A stretch of DNA of 40,105 nucleotides from a virus (Duplodnaviria; Caudoviricetes), in the IMG/VR virus record IMGVR_UViG_3300032216_000836, positions 1-40,105 of that record; one strand, written 5' to 3'. Position 1 is the stretch's first letter; the number at the start of each line of letters is the position of its first letter. This document shows, piece after piece, positions 1 to 7,270 of the stretch. The notes beneath the pieces are model-generated. The model saw only the letters and a program-made list of their open reading frames with translations. It did no database searches and was not told where the DNA came from. Both the position numbers and the translations under genes were made by a program.

Positions 1-128
1 TGCTTTAGTAGTCGCTTAATCAACGCTACTCGCATTTTGCTCTGGGGTGTACAGAGTGCGGTGTTTCCTCCTAGGCAGTCCATGCAGACTCTCTTCTTTC
101 GTGTAGGGTACGGAAGCGTGAAAACAAT

Positions 129-232
129 AAAAAAAGCCACTTACAACTGCCCTCGGTGAGAACCCTTAAGTTAGACCAAGGGCGAAGGCATGTGTAAATG
201 GCTTTCAAGCTGTTGTTTCTCACGACAACGGT
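129..232 (-). ncRNA. Structured RNA / attenuator, c4 (P1) or CI (P4)-like architecture
   Basis: Minus strand: hairpin GUUGU-cGUGAGAA-ACAAC, then a long stem AAAGCCAUUUACA/UGUAAGUGGCUUU enclosing GCCCUUGGU/ACCGAGGGC, ending in a U run. The loop GUGAGAA is complementary to UUCUCAC in the second hairpin. A TATAAT lies just upstream. Confidence 0.5.
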
Positions 233-236
233 TTGG

Positions 237-242
237 ATTATA
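237..242 (-). promoter_or_regulatory. -10 box (TATAAT) upstream of the structured RNA
   Basis: Perfect TATAAT on the minus strand overlapping the rep stop codon; no convincing -35. Confidence 0.5.
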
Positions 243-618
243 CAGAAACTAACTTCTTTTTAAGCTCTGCCAGCTTTTTTCTTATCTCCTCTGGCATCTC
301 AATCGACATCTTTCTATCTTCTTCAATCTTTTTCAGAGCTGGGTCTTTGTACCCTACTGTCACTGTAATCTCCATCTCTGGAACCTCTGCTCCATCCCAC
401 CTTTCTTGGTTCAAATAAACCAATGGTGCAGGAATAAAATTACCGTCTGATTTTCGCCACATATCCGTGGTTTTGAGCCAGGTGACGTGCTTATGTATCT
501 GTCTCCACTGCTTATCTAGCCCCTTGGCCTTCCATTTCTTCTCACAAATCGACTTGGAAGCTTTCCTAGGGCTTTTAGGCCACACCTCCCAAAACAATTC
601 AAAGCAACTCTTTTCCAT
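238..618 (-). CDS. Replication-initiator C-terminal-domain-like protein
   Basis: FELFWEVWPK..RK.SK..CEKKWK and FIPAPLVYLNQERWD are typical of phage replisome-organiser C-terminal domains; located downstream of cro. Start set to ATG 618. Confidence 0.65.
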   Translation of the reverse strand: MEKSCFELFWEVWPKSPRKASKSICEKKWKAKGLDKQWRQIHKHVTWLKTTDMWRKSDGNFIPAPLVYLNQERWDGAEVPEMEITVTVGYKDPALKKIEEDRKMSIEMPEEIRKKLAELKKKLVSV

Positions 619-781
619 TTTCTTTTCCCTTTGCAAAAAATTCCGTAATCACTTTTCTTCTACTTCTTTGTTCCTCTGAAATCCACCATTGATAAGCAAT
701 AAAAGGGTTTGGCTGCTCTTGAAACTCTTGTATCCATATACGCTCATGTCTCAAGTACATATGCCTGGAGTCCCTATCCAT
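599..781 (-). CDS. Hypothetical protein
   Basis: 60-aa ORF bridging cro and rep with short overlaps at both ends. Confidence 0.5.
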   Translation of the reverse strand: MDRDSRHMYLRHERIWIQEFQEQPNPFIAYQWWISEEQRSRRKVITEFFAKGKENGKELL

Positions 782-950
782 TTTTCTTAACTTGTGTCCA
801 CCATTCAGGACGCAATTCTTTAAGTTGATAAAGGCGAAGAGCAGGAATTTGCCCTTTCTTTTCCCACTTATAAACCGCAGGAGGAGAAATCTTTAGGATT
901 TTGGCCACTTGATACAGTGTGGCGAACTGTTTTAGTTCTGTAATAGTCAT
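774..950 (-). CDS. cro: Cro-like HTH regulator (58 aa, leaderless)
   Basis: LYQVAKILKISPPAVYKW...IPALRLYQL HTH pattern; ATG 950 lies 7 nt after a -10 box with no SD. Confidence 0.8.
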   Translation of the reverse strand: MTITELKQFATLYQVAKILKISPPAVYKWEKKGQIPALRLYQLKELRPEWWTQVKKNG

Positions 951-957
951 GTTGCGT

Positions 958-986
958 ATAATACACAAAACTCTAATAAATGTAAA
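958..986 (-). promoter_or_regulatory. sigma70 promoter for the cro operon
   Basis: TTTACA-N17-TATTAT on the minus strand, 7 nt before the cro ATG. Confidence 0.7.
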
Positions 987-996
987 TAACATAGTA

Positions 997-1015
997 AACC
1001 ATAGGGTTAATGGTT
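997..1015. promoter_or_regulatory. Palindromic operator candidate
   Basis: AACCAT-agggtta-ATGGTT between the divergent promoters, touching the rightward -35. Confidence 0.45.
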
Positions 1016-1043
1016 GCATAGGTTTATTTAACTGCGGTATAGT
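1014..1043 (+). promoter_or_regulatory. sigma70 promoter for the rightward early operon
   Basis: TTGCAT-N18-TATAGT, followed by SD AAGGAG and ATG 1070. Confidence 0.65.
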
Positions 1044-1069
1044 AGAGACATCTTAACAAGGAGATCACG

Positions 1070-1246
1070 ATGGAAAAAGAAATTGATTACAGATCGTTAG
1101 TCTTAGTAGGTGGAAGCTGGAGAGATACATCAGACACTTACATCGAATCAGGCAACTATGTCGATGGTACTGAGATTGAGGATGAAGTCTTAGAGCAACT
1201 TGCTTACGACTTAGATTTAAGCCAAATGTTATTTGATAGGGGTTGA
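1070..1246 (+). CDS. Small acidic protein (58 aa, not in ORF track)
   Basis: Strong SD AAGGAG; MEKEIDYRSLVLVGGSWRDTSDTYIESGNYVDGTEIEDEVLEQLAYDLDLSQMLFDRG. Confidence 0.75.
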   Translation: MEKEIDYRSLVLVGGSWRDTSDTYIESGNYVDGTEIEDEVLEQLAYDLDLSQMLFDRG

Positions 1247-1247
1247 T

Positions 1248-1385
1248 ATGACAACAGATGAAATTATTGATTGTTTAGAGACTACTGGATTGAATCAAGA
1301 GTTTGTTTGCCAGTTTTATGAAGAGATGGAATTGTTTGCTAAATTGATATTGGAATTGGAAAGGAAGAAAAATGAAGTTATCTGA
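1248..1385 (+). CDS. Hypothetical protein (45 aa, not in ORF track)
   Basis: MTTDEIIDCLETTGLNQEFVCQFYEEMELFAKLILELERKKNEVI; starts just after the previous stop, SD AGGGG. Confidence 0.65.
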   Translation: MTTDEIIDCLETTGLNQEFVCQFYEEMELFAKLILELERKKNEVI

Positions 1386-1557
1386 TTTGATTGAAGCAGA
1401 AAAAGCATTGAGAGCTTTGGTTTACGGCAATGTCCATGATGCAGACCAAATGCGTGATCTACAAATGAAGGCGGTATCTTCTATGGTTAAGTTAACCGTA
1501 GAAATCATCAACCACTCAACCAAGGAGATTCCAATTGAAGTTTCAAACGGTAGCTAA
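1372..1557 (+). CDS. Hypothetical protein
   Basis: 61-aa ORF, SD AAGGA, tiles the operon. Confidence 0.65.
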   Translation: MKLSDLIEAEKALRALVYGNVHDADQMRDLQMKAVSSMVKLTVEIINHSTKEIPIEVSNGS

Positions 1558-1771
1558 ATACGAACCGCTTTACTCCAAGGCCATGACAGTGGGTTGGGGT
1601 GAAGGCGATACCATGATGGAAGCAGTTCTTAATTGCATTGAGAATCTGGACTATACTTGGGACGATGAACCCAATTGTAAGGACTTGTACAAAGACACTT
1701 ACATTTTGATTTCTGATGGTGTTCAACAAGGTTCTATCCGCTTGATGTGGGTGATCAATGATGAAATCTAA
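1535..1771 (+). CDS. Hypothetical protein
   Basis: 78-aa ORF, TTG start with AAGGAG upstream. Confidence 0.55.
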   Translation: MKFQTVAKYEPLYSKAMTVGWGEGDTMMEAVLNCIENLDYTWDDEPNCKDLYKDTYILISDGVQQGSIRLMWVINDEI

Positions 1772-1832
1772 AGCAGACTTTTGGATCATCGTTTTAATTG
1801 TTACTATTATTGTTTTTGTTATATGGGGGTAA
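1761..1832 (+). CDS. Small membrane peptide (23 aa)
   Basis: MKSKADFWIIVLIVTIIVFVIWG, one hydrophobic helix; fills the operon gap. Confidence 0.45.
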   Translation: MKSKADFWIIVLIVTIIVFVIWG

Positions 1833-1834
1833 TT

Positions 1835-2047
1835 ATGAAAGTAAAAGGAATGTTTACAGACTTTGCAACGCAATACAAAAGAGAATCAGCCAATGATCTC
1901 TATTGTGGGTACTGCATCAGAATCAAAACTGTTAATGTCAGATGTTGTGGTATCGATCACTTCATTGCGTTCAAGCAGTTTGATGAGGCCACGCAGGCCA
2001 ACATCATTGAAGAAGAATACAGAATTGCATTTGGAGTGGCAGCATGA
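1835..2047 (+). CDS. Putative zinc-binding protein
   Basis: CGYC...RCCGIDH; start set to ATG 1835. Confidence 0.6.
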   Translation: MKVKGMFTDFATQYKRESANDLYCGYCIRIKTVNVRCCGIDHFIAFKQFDEATQANIIEEEYRIAFGVAA

Positions 2048-2265
2048 AAGCGTTTCCACAAACATTTAAACAAACCCAAGAAGATGGCAGGGTTGCTATG
2101 GTAACTCATTATGGAATGAATTTAAGAGATTATTTTGCAGCTCAATGTATTCCATTGGTAGCAAGGTATTCAGCTTCAATGGGATGGACTGATGAAGAAC
2201 GAACTTATTATGCAAAAGTTTGTTATGTAATGGCAGATGCAATGATGAAAGCGAGAGAAGAATGA
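2044..2265 (+). CDS. Conserved phage protein (GMxLRDYFAA family)
   Basis: GMNLRDYFAA...YVMADAMMKARE signature; ATGA overlaps on both sides. Confidence 0.75.
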   Translation: MKAFPQTFKQTQEDGRVAMVTHYGMNLRDYFAAQCIPLVARYSASMGWTDEERTYYAKVCYVMADAMMKAREE

Positions 2266-2876
2266 ATGTTTATAAAAGACTCAACCTTGCCAGGCAAGAC
2301 TTCCATAGTTCAGAGATAAAGAAAACTGGGCTTAATAAATTTGCTGGTTACACATACTTTGAGTTGGGTGACTTCATTGTCCCTGCCATCAAGATATTTA
2401 AAGACCACGGTTTAATAGGAATCGTATCTTACGGACAAGAAATTGCTGAACTTAGGATCATCAACGAAGACAATCCTGAAGAGCAGATCACTATAACCTC
2501 GCCCATGTCGGAGGCAGCACTCAAGGGTTGTCATCCCGTCCAAAATCTAGGTGCAGTCGAGACCTATATTCGGAGGTATTTGTGGGTAAGTGCGCTTGAG
2601 ATTGTCGAACATGATGCGCTAGATATGACCACAGGCAAAGATGCACCCAAGCACAAGCCCACAGATGGGTCTGTGGTGACCGAAAAGCAGATGACGGTAC
2701 TTAGAGATGTCGCTATGGAAATTATTGCTCACATGACTAATGATGACCTTGTAGGGGCATATGAAGAATACATCGGGGTAACTGATGCAGAGGAGAAGAC
2801 CTACCTCTGGAGTTTATTGGACTCAAAAGTTAGGTCAGCTCTCAAAAAACATGGCGAATCACTTAAAGGAAACTAA
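2262..2876 (+). CDS. erf: ERF-family single-strand annealing protein
   Basis: KKTGLNKFAGYTYFELGD and QNLGAVETYIRRYLW..ALEI.E.D motifs; start at ATGA overlap. Confidence 0.85.
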   Translation: MNVYKRLNLARQDFHSSEIKKTGLNKFAGYTYFELGDFIVPAIKIFKDHGLIGIVSYGQEIAELRIINEDNPEEQITITSPMSEAALKGCHPVQNLGAVETYIRRYLWVSALEIVEHDALDMTTGKDAPKHKPTDGSVVTEKQMTVLRDVAMEIIAHMTNDDLVGAYEEYIGVTDAEEKTYLWSLLDSKVRSALKKHGESLKGN

Positions 2877-3143
2877 ATGACTTACTCTAGACAACCCACA
2901 AAAGAATTTGACAACACCAACCGAGGTTCGTTGTTCAAAAACGACAAGAAAGAAGCAGATACCCATCCTGACTACAAGGGTCAGATCAATGTCAATGGAG
3001 AGGAATTCTGGATTAATGCTTGGCTCAAAACCAGCAAGCAGGGAACCAAGTTCATGTCTCTGTCGGTCAGCCCCAAGGACCGCCAGGTTAATGAGCCTAC
3101 CCGCAGAAATGTGCCAGAACCCGATTCGGACGTTCCTTTTTGA
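2877..3143 (+). CDS. Small ssDNA-binding-like protein
   Basis: GSLFKNDKK...HPDYKGQI...WINAW; acidic DSDVPF tail; follows the recombinase. Confidence 0.7.
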   Translation: MTYSRQPTKEFDNTNRGSLFKNDKKEADTHPDYKGQINVNGEEFWINAWLKTSKQGTKFMSLSVSPKDRQVNEPTRRNVPEPDSDVPF

Positions 3144-3151
3144 GGTTAGTT

Positions 3152-3331
3152 ATGTACGATGAAAAAAAAGAAGATGTATTTTTTGAAATAAAGATATGGG
3201 TTGGTAATAAAGAAATGTATTACCAAAAATTTGCCCAGGATTATGTAATACGTTATGACCCTGACTTTATTGCAAGAATTGTTGCATCAGTAAATAATTT
3301 CAAATATGAACCAAGTAACGAAAATGTTTGA
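3152..3331 (+). CDS. Hypothetical protein
   Basis: ATG 3152 with GAGG SD. Confidence 0.55.
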   Translation: MYDEKKEDVFFEIKIWVGNKEMYYQKFAQDYVIRYDPDFIARIVASVNNFKYEPSNENV

Positions 3332-3644
3332 TTTATTTGGAACCCTACCTAAGTTTCTGCACCGCAGAGAGGCCGTAGAAACCTCTGTAGCATCTGCCCA
3401 TGCCGTAGATACCAAGAGCATGGAAAAAATCGTCTATGAGGTCATTAGAAGTCATCCTGACGGGTGTATTTCTGATGATGTCATGGCCGAGTTGCACTCT
3501 TTCCCCTATCCAAGCGTGACTGCTAGGTATAAAGCATTAATGACTAAGAAATTAGTTTGCGATACTGGGGAAAAAAGACCTGGTAAATCGGGAAAATTAC
3601 AACGGGTTATGAAAGCTTGTTGTCATAATTCTGAGCCACAATGA
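3306..3644 (+). CDS. Winged-helix-like DNA-binding protein
   Basis: VYEVIRSHPDGCISDDV...SVTARYKALM.K.LV.DTGEKR.GKSG pattern. Confidence 0.6.
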   Translation: MNQVTKMFDLFGTLPKFLHRREAVETSVASAHAVDTKSMEKIVYEVIRSHPDGCISDDVMAELHSFPYPSVTARYKALMTKKLVCDTGEKRPGKSGKLQRVMKACCHNSEPQ

Positions 3645-3666
3645 AGTTTTTAACCAAGGAGCCACC

Positions 3667-3807
3667 ATGACTTACACATTCACAATCGAAAACTGGGACA
3701 CAACAATCACCATCGAAACTGGTGATATTGAGACATTGGAAAAAGTTTCTGAAGCAGTACTTGTTGCTTTGGAAGTAGAAGATGAAGAAGAAGAAGACGC
3801 TGAGTAA
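3667..3807 (+). CDS. Very acidic small protein (46 aa, not in ORF track)
   Basis: SD AAGGAG; MTYTFTIENWDTTITIETGDIETLEKVSEAVLVALEVEDEEEEDAE; followed by a terminator. Confidence 0.75.
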   Translation: MTYTFTIENWDTTITIETGDIETLEKVSEAVLVALEVEDEEEEDAE

Positions 3808-3825
3808 GCTCTTACCGCTTCATAT

Positions 3826-3851
3826 AAAGGGACATTAAGTCCCTTTTTTTA
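3826..3851 (+). terminator. Intrinsic terminator, probably bidirectional
   Basis: AAAGGGAC-attaa-GTCCCTTT plus T run between convergent operons. Confidence 0.8.
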
Positions 3852-3885
3852 TGCCCGAAAGGTTACACAAAGTGTATCCATCCGA

Positions 3886-4833
3886 TCACACCTTGATGAC
3901 TTCGCCCCTGAAGTCGATCTTGTCTTTATCGAATACCCTGACAACCTCTGGCCACAACAACTCACCATCCTTGAATGTCAGCACTACAAACCCTGAACGC
4001 CAGTTGGTAGGAGAGTGCTCAAGGTAGTTCTCGAACTGGGGGCCACTAGGCTCTGCAAGGGTTCCAGTATCAATACCAAACCTTGTACCGTTGTAGTCAT
4101 CAAATGGGGTGACCTTCAGACTATGTAGATGACCAGTTACCATCGACACCCCTGAGTTAACAGTATTGTTGTGTGTTGCGTGGATACCACCCTTCCAACG
4201 GTGCTTCACAATGACCTTCTCATTCAACCACACGCTCCAACAAGGAACCCATGCAGGGAAATGGTCTGCAAGGCTGAATCCTTTGATGTGCTCATACTGG
4301 GGTGCATTGGCTGCCAATCGTGTCTCAAACCTCGCATCATGGTTGCCTAAAGGCCATATGAGATTGATGTTGTGATTGATGTGCTTGGCCTCATCTTCTA
4401 TCTCAGCAAGAGCAAGCTCACAAGCTTTCAATTCCTGAATCAATGATGGAGTTTTGTCCCACCCGATCCTGGGGAACCTACTGATGCTTGCTCCGTCAAA
4501 TGCGTCACCATTGTTGATGACTGCCTTTAGATCATCGATGTTTTGTATTGCCCATATCAATCCGTTATAGGCAGTGGTTCTGATGCCAGGCCAAAAGTGT
4601 GCATCACTAAAAATGATGACCGAACCATTCCGAATGCCTAGATCATATCTCTTAGGTTTCTCAGGAGTATCAGGACGAACATGAACATCAAAATCTATTT
4701 TTATTTTATATTTTTCTTCTAATCTGTTTCTGCGTTTATAGATGCTTCTCATGTCGATATTGAGTTCCTTGGCCATAATGGAGGGACTCTTATACATATT
4801 CAATAACATGATGTATTCTTCGTCAGGAATCAT
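3886..4833 (-). CDS. Calcineurin-like metallophosphoesterase with N-terminal HTH-like region
   Basis: SDAH, NGDAFD, GNHD, HRW and GHLH metal-binding motifs; ATGA overlap with the upstream GNAT. Confidence 0.85.
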   Translation of the reverse strand: MIPDEEYIMLLNMYKSPSIMAKELNIDMRSIYKRRNRLEEKYKIKIDFDVHVRPDTPEKPKRYDLGIRNGSVIIFSDAHFWPGIRTTAYNGLIWAIQNIDDLKAVINNGDAFDGASISRFPRIGWDKTPSLIQELKACELALAEIEDEAKHINHNINLIWPLGNHDARFETRLAANAPQYEHIKGFSLADHFPAWVPCWSVWLNEKVIVKHRWKGGIHATHNNTVNSGVSMVTGHLHSLKVTPFDDYNGTRFGIDTGTLAEPSGPQFENYLEHSPTNWRSGFVVLTFKDGELLWPEVVRVFDKDKIDFRGEVIKV

Positions 4834-5249
4834 AGCTTCTTTCTCCAATAAAGAGTCCCCCGTGCTCCCCAAGGCGCACTAGGTTCAAACAATCGAAAAC
4901 CGCAGGAAATTAAAGAGTTAGATGAAGGTGGATTGTGATAAGTGTCGGTGATTAACCACGCCCAACCCATCTTCTTAGCGTAAGTTTGACGGACTCGAAT
5001 AAGTCTCTTCTGAACGCCCCGTCCCCTGGCTTTAGCAATAACCCCAGAACGACATAAGTAACCAGTGTCAAGCCACCGACTAGAAGGAACAAGACCCGCA
5101 AAAGCAATAGCACGATGATCTTGATAAGCAACCCACCAAGTCCCATAAGAAACATCATAAACTTTGTCATAGGGCAAACACTCTTTCTGTAAACGAATCA
5201 GAAGTTCAGCATTCCCACTAACAGATGTGTCTATTTGCTTGATTTGCAT
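4830..5249 (-). CDS. GNAT-family acetyltransferase
   Basis: GV..KARGRGVQKRLI acetyl-CoA motif; N.PS.N.L.SCGF C-terminal motif. Confidence 0.85.
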   Translation of the reverse strand: MQIKQIDTSVSGNAELLIRLQKECLPYDKVYDVSYGTWWVAYQDHRAIAFAGLVPSSRWLDTGYLCRSGVIAKARGRGVQKRLIRVRQTYAKKMGWAWLITDTYHNPPSSNSLISCGFRLFEPSAPWGARGTLYWRKKL

Positions 5250-5255
5250 GAAGTT

Positions 5256-5289
5256 ATTGTCGTAAACTTATGTGACACATTTACGAAAA
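5256..5289 (-). promoter_or_regulatory. Pho-box-like promoter
   Basis: TTTTCGT-AAAT-GTGTCAC-N10-GACAAT, 6 nt before the GNAT ATG. Confidence 0.4.
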
Positions 5290-5317
5290 AAAGGGGAGAG
5301 GTTTTAACCTACTCCCC
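5286..5317 (-). terminator. Intrinsic terminator of the late/lysis operon
   Basis: GGGGAG-t-AGG-ttaaaa-CCT-CTCCCC followed by T7 on the minus strand. Confidence 0.85.
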
Positions 5318-5336
5318 AAACCCTCTTTGCAAGGAA

Positions 5337-5924
5337 TCACGAAAGGACAGCAACTGCACGTTCTGTCTGCTTAATTCTATCATCAAGACCAATTAAGCCA
5401 CCATTGATCCTTTTACATAACTGTTGCGGATTATCTACAAGAGCACCGCATCCATGCGTCTTCCAGAACCATCCTGCTGACAGTGCAGCGTACATTGGGC
5501 TTGCCACCAAATCTGGATTCATCACAAAATCCTGACCCAATGCTTGACCACAATGCCAGTAGTTATCATGCCCCGTAAGTTGTACAACGCCCCTACCTCG
5601 AAATCTGTAACCATCTCCTGATGCTTCGTCACGGTTTCCCATTCTGTTGGCGTAAATTCTGTTGGCAATCTTAGCGGGTTGTCTAGCGTAAAGCTCGACT
5701 TCGCCTGGCTTGAATTTATGACCGAACAACTTTTGAAGAGTCTCGGCTCTGTAGTTAAGATTTTCTTCCAAGACCTTGAAGTGGTTGCTTTCATGGCTAC
5801 ATTGTCCAATAAAGGCTGCTTGTTCTTTAGAAGAGACCATACCGAACTTCACAAAAGTCGTGGTCAAAGGCTCAGACCACTCGGCTCCAATCCCTAGGGC
5901 GTGTAGTTTCTCAGGGCTTAACAT
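5337..5924 (-). CDS. Endolysin, glycoside hydrolase family 19
   Basis: AAFIGQCSHES, ENLNY and YRFRGRGVVQLTGHDNY motifs. Confidence 0.92.
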   Translation of the reverse strand: MLSPEKLHALGIGAEWSEPLTTTFVKFGMVSSKEQAAFIGQCSHESNHFKVLEENLNYRAETLQKLFGHKFKPGEVELYARQPAKIANRIYANRMGNRDEASGDGYRFRGRGVVQLTGHDNYWHCGQALGQDFVMNPDLVASPMYAALSAGWFWKTHGCGALVDNPQQLCKRINGGLIGLDDRIKQTERAVAVLS

Positions 5925-6372
5925 TGATGGTGTCCCTTACTTCGTTGTATTGTTGGATACAGGCGTTTCGCTCGATGATGGCTTTGTCTCCTTCTGTTGT
6001 GAGGGCGACAATATCTTTAATAGCCTGTCTGTCAGATTGGCCTCCTTGGCCTCCATCGCTAGAGGCGGTATCTGTGGGGGCTTGTAGGGCACAACTGGTG
6101 GGGAGGCGCAACTCGCCAGTGTCAATGCGAGCATTAATGGAATTTTGTTTAGACTTGAGTTCATCTTTTGCCTTTCTCAGTGCAATTTGGTTTTTGCCTA
6201 TCTTTTCATTCAAGGCTTGTTCTTTGGTGCGAGCTTCGTCATTAAGTCTTGCAATCTCAATTTGATCTTCAGTAACACGTTCTTGATAACCTGAATGATG
6301 TCCATAAGAATAAACTCCAATTAAAGTAAAGATTGCGCCTAAGATAACCCAAGGATTTAAAAAACTAAACAT
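5911..6372 (-). CDS. Rz: Rz-like inner-membrane spanin
   Basis: N-terminal TM helix, coiled coil, IDTGELRL motif, adjacent to the endolysin. Confidence 0.8.
   Translation of the reverse strand: MFSFLNPWVILGAIFTLIGVYSYGHHSGYQERVTEDQIEIARLNDEARTKEQALNEKIGKNQIALRKAKDELKSKQNSINARIDTGELRLPTSCALQAPTDTASSDGGQGGQSDRQAIKDIVALTTEGDKAIIERNACIQQYNEVRDTINVKP
5937..6164 (-). CDS. Rz1: Rz1-like outer-membrane lipoprotein spanin nested in Rz
   Basis: Lipobox LTLASC then Pro-rich PPVVPYKPPQIPP; fully embedded in another frame of Rz. Confidence 0.7.
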   Translation of the reverse strand: MNSSLNKIPLMLALTLASCASPPVVPYKPPQIPPLAMEAKEANLTDRLLKILSPSQQKETKPSSSETPVSNNTTK

Positions 6373-6859
6373 CTGCTTCTGCCCTTGCTACTGCCATACG
6401 CTCACGCTCTTCTTCGTGCTCCAAGCTTGGCGGTGTGGTGGGTGGTGGAGGAGGAGTCCAAGACTCATCAAACTTAGGGTTCTGGAATGTGGGCAAAGCA
6501 CCAAAAGCAGAACTCATAGGCTGGCTTTGGAAGCCTGGTTGAAAACCCATAGGTTGGTAGCATCCTGGTCCCATCATAGGCGTGGTGGCCTGTTTAACCC
6601 CTGCTAGAGTTCCTGCAACACCACCGACAACCCTTTTACCTACAATGCCACCAATACCTCCCACCAATAGAAGAACTATATCGTTCAGCATCTTTGTATA
6701 GGCTTGGTCTATCGGAGCCATTGCCTTGATAGGTTGTACTACAAAAGTAACGCTATAGAGCAATGCTATAACAATAAAGAAAAGAATGGCGGTTATGGAT
6801 AGGACCACGATAGCCCATATCCTGACTTCAATTTCTTCTGCTGTTAGTTTGTTGTTCAA
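6365..6859 (-). CDS. Two-TM membrane protein, holin candidate
   Basis: Two hydrophobic segments, Pro-rich C-terminus, located in the lysis cassette. Confidence 0.55.
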   Translation of the reverse strand: MNNKLTAEEIEVRIWAIVVLSITAILFFIVIALLYSVTFVVQPIKAMAPIDQAYTKMLNDIVLLLVGGIGGIVGKRVVGGVAGTLAGVKQATTPMMGPGCYQPMGFQPGFQSQPMSSAFGALPTFQNPKFDESWTPPPPPTTPPSLEHEEERERMAVARAEADV

Positions 6860-7031
6860 CTTGTTTCTCCAATACAGGCGCAGTTAAATATTCAGGGCAA
6901 ATCTGGGTGAACAGACAACGGGGCTTTTGACACTCGGGGTCTTGGAAGTGATCAAAGTCTTGGCATTTGTATCTATATTGATCAGAACATGAACACAAAA
7001 GCAGGAAAAGTAAGCATATGAAGCGTTTCAT
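6828..7031 (-). CDS. Cys-rich lipoprotein
   Basis: MKRFICLLFLLLCSC lipobox; four further Cys in the mature part. Confidence 0.7.
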   Translation of the reverse strand: MKRFICLLFLLLCSCSDQYRYKCQDFDHFQDPECQKPRCLFTQICPEYLTAPVLEKQVEQQTNSRRN

Positions 7032-7270
7032 TTTTCTTCCAGTTTCTTAATCAACTTCTCAACCTTGATTTCTGATTGGCGTATATCCATATACATCCAC
7101 ATCAACACTGGCATGATAAACATAATCAACGCCAATAACGCAATGATCACGATGATGTAGAAGGAATCATTGTCAGTATCATTAACCACGCCCACAGGAT
7201 CACCAGGCTGGTTGCTATGGCCACCATAACCCTGTTTCTCAGGCGGTCTATAACCTGTCTTCGTTGCCAT
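7028..7270 (-). CDS. Single-TM membrane protein
   Basis: Hydrophobic FYIIVIIALLALIMFIMPVLMWM; true start uncertain because it overlaps the upstream gene. Confidence 0.55.
   Translation of the reverse strand: MATKTGYRPPEKQGYGGHSNQPGDPVGVVNDTDNDSFYIIVIIALLALIMFIMPVLMWMYMDIRQSEIKVEKLIKKLEEK

Noticed and set aside
129-232. tRNA gene
   Set aside because: No T-loop GTTC, D-loop or acceptor/CCA arrangement; the fold is two hairpins with a U tail.
951-1019. 81-aa extended cro start given by the ORF track
   Set aside because: The extension runs through the promoter region; a leaderless start at 950 fits the -10 spacing and Cro size.
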